Shown here: positions 25,550 to 34,525 of the stretch, piece by piece
Position numbering within the stretch: position 1 is the first letter of the stretch
How the letters are laid out: each line of letters opens with the position of its first letter
DNA from: Bigelowiella natans CCMP2755
Taxonomy: Eukaryota; Protista; Cercozoa
Assembly (NCBI GenBank): GCA_000320545.1
Contig: ADNK01001867.1
Span: 1 to 35,446, forward strand
Length of the DNA: 35,446 bases
Direction: 5' to 3'
Translations under genes and position numbers: made by a program
The notes under the pieces: model-generated
Databases searched by the model: none
The model's input: only the letters and a program-made list of their open reading frames with translations
What the model was told of the DNA's origin: nothing

Positions 25550-26525
25550 TTACATCTTTAACTTTATTGCTTCCACAAGTTGTGTTGAAATCTTTTGATA
25601 GGCTTTAGATTCCTGAACCACCTCTTTTATTTTACCGGCGGTAAAAGCATCTGAGTATGTTGATCAAGGTGTTAATTGTTGACTTTCTATTTTATTTCTC
25701 TTATATTCGGAAATTATTTAAGTGAAACCTTGAAGGGGTTGAATTTTTGACGATATTTTCTTCGCTGCTTCAATCTCGTCCCTCAGTTTTGTTTCTGTAG
25801 ATTATCTCGTGTTTAATTTAACACCTTTCATTTGAATGATTTTTCACCTTGTTCCTTCATTTTTGTTTTCATGCTCTGAAGATTCCAAATTTTTTTGCGA
25901 AGTGTTTGGATATCCTAACGAAGAATACATAAGTACGTAGTTGTACTTTAATTTGTATGTATTACTACTTTTTCTGAGGGTGCCTCTGAGGTTTCGTCGT
26001 CTATGTTTTGGCTAGACAACAGTATATCTATCAACTCTTGGCCAAAACCATCGAATGATTCTTGGATTGATTTTTGTAGCGTGTTTGAGAGTTCATCCAC
26101 ACACTGTAAATATATTTCACAACATTTCTCAGCCCTCAATCTGTTCTATTTTCGCAAGGACACAACGCACCTTTACAACTTTTGGAGATTCATCTTTTCC
26201 AACAGCATCTATAATTTCGACCTCGATCTTATCCATTGCATCAAGTGCTCTCTCCTCTACTGCAAGTTGAAGATCTTGAGCGATGACCCGAATCAGTTCT
26301 TCCTTCTTTTTCTCATCTCGTGCTGAGGATTATTCATTACACTTATTCCATCTCATTCATTTCTAATGTTTGATATTATTGCTACATTTTGCATCCGATT
26401 TTTGTTTCTTATTAGCCTCCTTCCCCTGTGCTTTAGATCTTGGACTGCAGATTAAAATGACAAGATGTACAGTCAGTTACTGAATCCGCACAGCTTCAAG
26501 CAATATACCTTTTCCTTTTCCCCAT
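25550..26525 (-). CDS. Small charged coiled-coil protein with a basic N-terminus, multi-exon
   Basis: MGKRKS|PRSKAQGKKEANKKQKSDAK..., ARDEKKKEELIRVIAQDLQLAVEERALDAMDKIE, RAEKCCEIYLQCVDELSNTLQKSIQESF and last exon DAFTAGKIKEVVQESKAYQKISTQLVEAIKLKM*, separated by short AT-rich GT-AG introns. Confidence 0.65.
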
Positions 26526-26890
26526 CTCAATGTTGTGCGGGCGAGGTTTTAGAGCTCTTGGGTGTCCTTTTTTAAGTTGTTGTTGAAGGGCAGTGCTGTC
26601 GTAGTTTTCGGATGAATTCTCAGTTTGATCCTCCACAACACCACCGGTCTCCATTTCTCATAATTCACCTTAATTCAAACTGAAACCACCCATGTGATTC
26701 CTAACGGAAACCAAAAACACATATGATTTCCGCAATGCGGCAATCTATAAGCCCTGACGCAGCATGGAATCTTTCGACGTTTAGCACATTCACAAAAGAT
26801 CCCTACATTGGAATTCCGAAAAGCTATGATGCTTCGTTCCCGCCTTTTTTTTTGCTAATTTCGACCAACGACACCGATTTGCTGGTAGTG

Positions 26891-27603
26891 GCGGGAAAGA
26901 GTGTCTTTTCCAGAGATCCTCGAGAGATCATCTAGTCCTGCTTGGTGCTCCCTCGGGCTGTTCCGAGGATCGTCGCTTGGATGTGTGATGTGGCCTTCAG
27001 GAAGTTCCTGCTCAAAGTGCATGCTTTGCGTCGCCGCCACATTGCTGCTAGTCACACTGCTCCATGACAGCTAGTGTGCCATCATCCAAATCCTGCTGGT
27101 CTTGCCACTTCACCAGTCAGTCCAGCAGTCCTCACTAGAGCTAGTTCGAGGCACTGCGTTTCGTGCACTGCAAACGTCTTGCAACGTTTTTGGAAATGCA
27201 GCATTTCATCATTGTCTGGTTGGAGGACGGGGAAAGTGTTGGAAAGCACGGAACAGCTGAGTGGACAAAGATTGCACAAGATCAGCACCTTGAAGTTGAA
27301 CATCGCATCGAAATTGAGACTCAAATGAACAAATGAACTCATGCGATGCCGATGCGCGTGCACCACCATTTTGTCCGAAAGCTAGCTAGCAAGACTGACA
27401 CACGCACACTAGCACGTCTGGACGTGCTCGCACAGCACACCGCAGTGCAACAGATTGAGTTCCAATCTCGCAGAAGCGTGACAGATCGACGCACGCTCTC
27501 TAGCGCTGTCTCACCACGCAGCCACGTTGGTTGACAAGACACATGATACGCTAGCAATGCACGGCCAACAAGTTGGTGGTGCAGGAGGGCGCCATGCATG
27601 CGT

Positions 27604-27639
<36 letters not shown>

Positions 27640-27770
27640 ATGCTCCAAGCCTGCAAGGTAATTCATCAAGCAAGCATGGCAGTGAGCCAAATTGCTGATG
27701 AGGCAATGCTTGGTTTCATCTGATGATGGATGATGCACAAACGTCGACACAAAGACCTTTTCTTCATTTT
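26891..27770. other. TpA-depleted, CTAG-retaining domain
   Basis: Hand count: 12 TA dinucleotides in 880 bp, 10 inside CTAG; the exceptions are ATAC at ~27547 and GTAA at 27659. Confidence 0.9.
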
Positions 27771-27830
27771 GTTTTTAGTGGCATGGTTTCCTAAAATTCA
27801 TTGTGCATCATGTTCAACTGGTGATCTAGC

Positions 27831-29427
27831 TCAGTTAGTTTTCCAAGATTCTTTATCTCCACCGGGATACCCCTTGGTCATCTTTTGCGCAGACTTCATA
27901 GCCTTATCGGGAGAAGAGCGTTCAGGTAAATAAGCGTTAACAAGTTGTTATTATTTACTACCATAGACCAAAGCATATGATGTACATACATATTATGAAT
28001 ATATGTATGTATATATATATATATATATACATATTATATGTATTTGTGTGTGCTTGTGTAATATATCTTTTATAAAAGATATTTTATACTGTGTCTATTG
28101 TTACTGGTTAGCTGAGTAATAAAACTTACTTTGTCATAATAGTCTGAGTAGTAAGTTGAATGGTAGTCAGCGTAATAGCTGGCATAATAAGTCTCATAAT
28201 ATCGACTTTCCAATCTGATTGTGGGCGAAAAGGATAAGATAGGGAATGAAGGGAGCAATATAAACAAAATTTAATTAGAGTAAAAACGGTATCGGAATAA
28301 TATGAATGCATATGTCCGTGCATCTGCTACTTCCTCCTACTTCTGCTCCTACCCTGAGCGCTTCGATAAAGCAAGCGTGGCTGTGAGGGTTACGGCATGT
28401 GATACGGCCGTGTTGATCGGCGAGATAAGCGCATCCGCCACTTTGCTTGCCACCTTATATCCGTTTTAACAAGATATTCATTCAGTAATGACCCAACTTT
28501 AGATGAAGATAGAAAGAGAAGGGCGGCTGCTACTACTACTATTATTACTACTACTACTACTAATACTACTGCTACCTTCACAGGAAGTTCTTGCTTGTAC
28601 GTGACATCTTCTGGGATGTAGCGTCTGAGCATTTCGTATAGATGGTCATGCACACGGCGTGCAACGGGCTCATGTGCATCCGCTATGATGGCCGGAGTTA
28701 TCACATTTGTCAGAGACGGTGTCAGTCTCTCCACGATGCTCTTGTTCTGAGGAAGGGAGATGCAATATGTTTATTGGGAGGGCGGTCCCAGTGGAAGAGG
28801 AGGCAGCGTGTGCAACGATAAAGGCCGCAAAAGAAGTACGCGCGATCCTTTGTGTTTCTATCATCATTTTCACACAGATATCGAGATAACAAATAGTGTT
28901 GCCCCCCGACAGCATCAACTATTGCTGCTGCTACTACTACTACTACTATAACGACATATACCAGGCGATCTTCCAGATAAGCGGGAAGAGGAATAACCCC
29001 GGATTGCTTCGTCCCAACGACTCTGAGCACCTCCTTGGCCACCTTATAATATTATGATAAGTATTAATACTACTATTCATCATCCTGTAGCAGTATCGAC
29101 TGCTCCATTAATCAACGGCTCATCGATAATTGCCCAAATTATCAGCCGACGCCTACAACCACAAAACAAATTGCACCACGCATGAATGCATGCACGCACC
29201 TTCTCTGGGATGACGGAAAGAAGGCCCTGGATCATATACTCAACGGGAGCATCTTCACTGGCCGAAGTGACGATGGCAAACGCCTGTACGACCATGGCAC
29301 CAAGCTTACCTAGAAGGCCCTCGAAGACCTGCGACGCGGCTTCTGACCGCTATAGAATGATTTTTTAGCAGTACCGAAGAATGGGAGAGGGAGGACAATA
29401 CAGATATTTCGTATTTTGTATCATGCG

Positions 29428-29466
<39 letters not shown>

Positions 29467-31320
29467 GTCTGTGGCGCACACACACATTATCCATTCAATT
29501 CTTCATCCATATAAAGAAAGATAATGAAAACATCATCCATCATAAGGAATCCCGGAAATGTAATACGACTGGAAAGGAAATATCCTTTTTCTCTCGTTAT
29601 CACATAACACAAAACAACAGTGAAAGCAGCAAAATTATATGCTCACACAGGTATTGTTATTACCATCATCATCATTAATATACTCATCTTCTTCATCGAT
29701 GAGAGTTTTTCTTCTTCTTTTTCTTCTTCTTCTTACGTGAGTCTCCAGCAATGAGAAGTCGTCTCGCTCGTTGTAGTAATATCTATCGTTTTGTATTTCC
29801 TCTTTTACGTTTCCTCTTCCTTCTTCGTCACTATCTTTGCCGGCCCGACCTCCTCTCCTACCGCCATCTTCAGCAAAGTCATCCTTTCCTACCGCAGCAG
29901 GGGTGGTGCCGTTGAGACTAGTTGTCCTTCGCCGCATTATAATCACTTCGCTAGATGGCTGGTGGAAACCACTCTCAACAATTCGTATCATTCTCAGCTT
30001 TCTACTAGTTGCGGTAGTCGTTGTGGCTCCCCTTCGCTTCGCTCTCCCCCCTTCCCCCTCCTGCGGTCCCGAATCCAAAGAAAATTCGCAATCCCGTAGC
30101 CTCAAGAAATTTATTCGTTTCTTCTTTCCACCTCGCTTTACTCTTTCCGTCCTAACTCCTCCCCTTTCCTCCTCCTCCTCCTCCTCCTCCTCCTCCTTAT
30201 TGCAGCTGTCGCTCAATACAAACAAATACGGGGCTTGAGATGGTTTGGCGGTACTACTACGACGACCATACTCCAGCTGCCAGATATCACTTATCTCCTT
30301 TAAAGGATACCAAGATGAAGATGAATCTTGTTCCCTCCCCCTTCTTTTTCCGACTCTACTTCGATGGTAGAGTGGGAGCAAAGCGCCAGTTGCGAATGGG
30401 ACTCGGCGGTTTCTTTCGAGAATGGAAGCAGTGGAAGATGATGATACTGATGAATTTGACATCGGCGGTTGTGAAGATGATAATGATGATGATGGAGGAC
30501 GGTATTCAGAATAGTAGGTCTTGAAAGAAGAAGTGTTGACTGCACATTGAACTGCTAGAGGTATCTCATTGACCGCGTCGTCGTCGTCGTCCTGTCGACC
30601 CCTCACCACCACATTAACGAATGCGACACGCGCTCGACACATCTACACATATTTGTAACAGGCAAAATTAAATAAAACCAAAGAGCAGAATAAGATTTCA
30701 CAGACGCCAAAAAATATACAAAAATGCAGATGTGTTTTCATCATGATCGCCGTTTGAAGCTTACCTGTCTTAGATCTTGATCAAATCCTGGAGCAAAATA
30801 ACGTATTCTTCGTGTGGCAATTTCCACCCGATGGTGTCGAGAGAAGCTGTTTGAGATTTACATTGATTATTTCGTAGCTCTCAAATAAGGCATGATGGTG
30901 TTGTTACCGGGATTGCTTGGAAAGCGCTGTTGGATGATGTTGGCCCGTTAGGATCAGGAAGTGCAAGAAAATGATTGGAGAGAACAAAATTAAGAGGCCC
31001 ATCACTCCTTAAAAAAGGGGAGCACTCTGACTAAGTCGTCATCGCAATGACAGCCATTGTCCCCTCCCTCTCCACATTTGAAAGTTTCGAATATTTCAAT
31101 TACGAAATGGATGGTTCGCTCGTGGTAAACATCGGGGATTCATATAATTTCCCCGCCTTTCTTTTTGTACATTTTCGATCTCGGTTTTTCTTCGTATACC
31201 GGAGGATTCGACTTTCTAAGCGTGAAACCACCTATGTTTTTCTTCCAGCGATTGCCCTTGTGATTCCGAACATTGCTGTTCGTAGACTCCCAGATCATTG
31301 GGGTTTATTGTCTGCGACAT
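27831..31320 (-). CDS. Uncharacterised multi-exon protein with a helical C-terminal region ending in a periodic YYxxYY motif
   Basis: 335-aa ORF 29635-30642, then in-phase exons RSEAASQVFEGLLGKLGAMVVQAFAIV..., VAKEVLRVVG...EDRL, NKSIVERLTPSLTNVITPAII..., VASKVADALISPINTAVSHAVTLTATLALSKRSG, LESRYYETYYASYYADYHSTYYSDYYDK (28130-28214) and AMKSAQKMTKGYPGGDKESWKTN* (stop 27831-27833). The 5' end is approximate. Confidence 0.75.
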
Positions 31321-31871
31321 ATTTATCTTTCAGAGATTCCCCAGAGATCCATCAAAAGATGGATCCCTTTCAACGGATGACAAGCGTTTCCTTTCGAATA
31401 TCAAAATTCTACCGTTGTCAGCTAATGAATATTGGCATTAAATGATAAATATGAATATTCTTGATGTCGTTTTATAATAAGGATTTGCATTCAATCCTAT
31501 AAAACAGAAGGCTTGTCTCATTCTTCGTCTTAATTAGAAGACCTAACGCCCAGTTCGTCCCCCCCCTTCACATGGCCTCACTCACCTCAATTCTACCGCA
31601 TTTTTATTGAACACCGTCTAATTTATTGACTGAGAAGAATAAGTACAACATATTGTTCTTTTCATATTTCAGTTACTTAAAAAGTGATTCTTTTGTATTC
31701 TATTTAAGCTATTAGTTACAAGGAAGTAATTTGAGACTATCGGTAAGAGGGGTGATATATACTTGTTATTTTTTTTGGCAGAAGAGGCTTTCGAGTTGGT
31801 TCGACATTCTGTTCTCTACTGATTTCACAGCTCGACAACATTGAGAGCGTGAGACAGACGACATTGTTGTA

Positions 31872-33097
31872 ATGTCATTCGCCAGTAGAGTTCCAGATTG
31901 GGCTAAACATGGCCAGAAAAAAAACTCAGAGATTCCAGAAGGCTACGTTCTTTACGGCAAAAAAAAACAAACATATGCAAGGTAATATTCCTTTTAAAAA
32001 AATGTCAGGGAGCAAAGGGCTACGCCAATCCCAATCACTACGAGATGATTAGCATAATTTTTAACATAAATGTATGCAGACCATACCGTCCCCATGGCAC
32101 GTTTAAAGCTTTGGAAAAAAAGGGCGTTCTTCACACGGCGAAAGTCGTAATCGCCGATAAAACCAATCGAGAGTTGTATGCAGAAAAGTTGCACCATATA
32201 TTTAATAATTTTGAGTATGACTAAGGATGATTTGATGCACTTTCAGGACTATAAGCCTGTTATAGCCCCACCTCCAAAGGGAATGATGCCAGGATATACA
32301 GGGTAATAAGTCAGAGCCATAATATTATAATACAAATTATCATACTGATGAACGAAGAAAATCTCGCTGCCCCAGTAGATGAGGTTATTATTAATTTGGA
32401 TCGCAGATATATCCGTGGTAAACAGCACCTGTACGGAAGGAGTTATGGAGCTGTGTCTCGTCTTTCCGCCACAACAAGGTGCATTCACTTTTGCAGATAA
32501 TTATCTTCCTAATCTGCGTTATAATGAGAGAAAGGAAATTAAGTTTCTTTTTCCTTTCCATTTTACAGCACGAAAGAAAAGTTAATGAACCCAAGCGTGC
32601 CCCTCGGACCTCAATATGAGATTCCTACGTTAGACGCGACAAAGTGAGAAATGAAGACGACAATAAAATTCAAATTGCTGGTGTACCAGCGGCAAGAATG
32701 TATAATAATATTGCTTCTACTGCAGGTTTGATAAAATTCGGTCTGCGCAGAATAACGCCTATCCCGTTCCAGGATATTCAGCGAGAGAAACGAAGAGTGA
32801 GCTTGGAATGCAACCGAGGAGAGTTATGGTATTACTGTAGTAGAGCTAGCTGCACACTTGTGGCCCTATTTATCAGAATCCAGCTTGTAAAACCACTATT
32901 GTATGATGTATCACATTAACGTAAAATTTTGTCGCTATGTATGGTACTAGTCTTCTCGTCGTGCTCGTCAGAACCTCAGTGAACTAAATCGTGGCGCGGA
33001 GATCTATACAAGATTCCGGCAAACTATTAACTCCAACCCTGTCCCTGGCCAGGTGATGTTAGTGCTTTATGCTTCACTTTTGATTCCTTTGAAGTTG

Positions 33098-33135
<38 letters not shown>

Positions 33136-33299
33136 TGGTCTCTGAAAAAGTCTTCATGATCGAAAATGGCTATCATACAAACGAACGTTCTTCTTTCTTT
33201 CTTCGTATTGTTTGACTTATGCGTACGCAGACTAAATACGAACAACCGAGGAAAGTTATTCCATCAAACATGGCCCACTTGCAATACATTTCTAAGTAA
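31872..33299 (+). CDS. FAM166/CIMIP2-like PGYTG-motif protein, candidate ciliary microtubule inner protein
   Basis: Spliced MSFASRVPDWAKHGQ...; PPKGMMPGYTG|YIRGKQHLYGRSYGAVSR matches the PGYxG(Y/H)IP...xG(K/R)(T/S)YG repeat; second YPVPGYS; last exon TKYEQPRKVIPSNMAHLQYISK*. Confidence 0.7.
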
Positions 33300-33329
33300 A
33301 GGAGGGAGGTAAATAACGCTCAATTCGAT

Positions 33330-34148
33330 GTAGCCGTAGTAGTGGGTTGCAGTCTGATGCTTGACCCAAGAGATTGTGGTGGATAATTGAAGGAGTGGTA
33401 ATGAGCACAACTTTGGGGTGATGTGCATTTTGCATGCCCATCAAAACGCAGCAAGGAATGTTTTCTCATACGTGGTGTATCATTAAATGTGTACCAAATC
33501 ACACTGTCAAAAGTATGCAGAAGATGAAGCGCATGCTGCGCATGCTTAGATCTAAAGATGCACATCATTTGCGCACGCAAGCATGCATATGTACGTGTGT
33601 GTGTGTGTGTGTGTGTGTGGTCGTAACATTGCTAACAGCCTCTGCAACTCAAGACAAAGCCAGCCACCTGGAAGCCAAAGAACACTTTTTAGCGGTTTGG
33701 CGGGCTACGCTAGCGGATCGAGTGCAGAAATGTGCATGCATCATGCCATGCTAGCATGCCCTCGCGTGGTGCAACGTAATAAGCTACACTGCGTCCTCGA
33801 TTCGCGATCTTCGACCATTGTTGTGGCTGATCGTTGACCATATAACCATTGTGGCTGAGCTAGCCAAATTTGCGACACCATCGACCGCCACAGCAAGTGC
33901 CCGTAGCGTGCATAACAGTCTGTCACCAGAGTCAACGCGATGAAGGGCCATGCACAGTCAGCGTCATGCAATGCAAATTGCACGCGACTGACGCACGCAC
34001 ATGCTAGCTAGCTAGCATGGCTAGATGGCCATGGAGACTCTGGTCACGCTAGCACGCCTTGTGCATGAGTTCTGGGGTTGCATGCCAGCCGTGTTGTAGT
34101 CCACAGTGCTAGATTCAGAGTGTGGTGCACGTGTCAAGTGGTTGTTCA
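33330..34148. other. Pyrimidine-purine/palindrome-rich spacer downstream of the FAM166-like gene, TpA-depleted in its distal part
   Basis: TGCA, CATG and GCTAGC dense; 33916-34148 has 7 TA, 6 of them inside CTAG. Confidence 0.65.
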
Positions 34149-34474
34149 TGTTGCGCGTAAGGTGTTCACAGGCCGAGGCGCTACGTGCACAAGTAGGCAG
34201 GGGGGGGGAAAGGCACGTTTGCTTCCTTTTGAAGAGTTGTGTTTATTTTTATTAAAGATTATATTTTTATTAAATCGTGCACTGCGTAATCATTCGCGAA
34301 GCTTTCGCGAATGCCGCCGCACGTGGGGCAGCACACTTCCGGTGTGCTGCCATGAGTCCCGCCGGAACCCACGTGCCTATGCTGTATTAATATCTACGTT
34401 ATCTATATTCTATATCCGCGACAACCCCTTTGTTGTCGCACGTGACTTGTGCCCGCGTAGTGGTACGCGCTACA
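34149..34474 (-). repeat. 3' LTR, 326 bp
   Basis: Minus strand starts TGTAGCGCGTA directly after the PPT and ends TACGCGCAACA (10/11 terminal inverted repeat); clustered AATAAA signals at ~34243-34272. The partner LTR is outside the window. Confidence 0.8.
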
Positions 34475-34482
34475 CCTCCCCC
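34475..34482 (-). promoter_or_regulatory. Polypurine tract (plus-strand primer)
   Basis: GGGGGAGG on the minus strand immediately before the LTR TG; a further purine run GGGAATAAGGAAGGAAGGAAGGAG lies just upstream. Confidence 0.8.
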
Positions 34483-34525
34483 AAGTCACGTTGCTCCTTC
34501 CTTCCTTCCTTATTCCCTTAGACCT

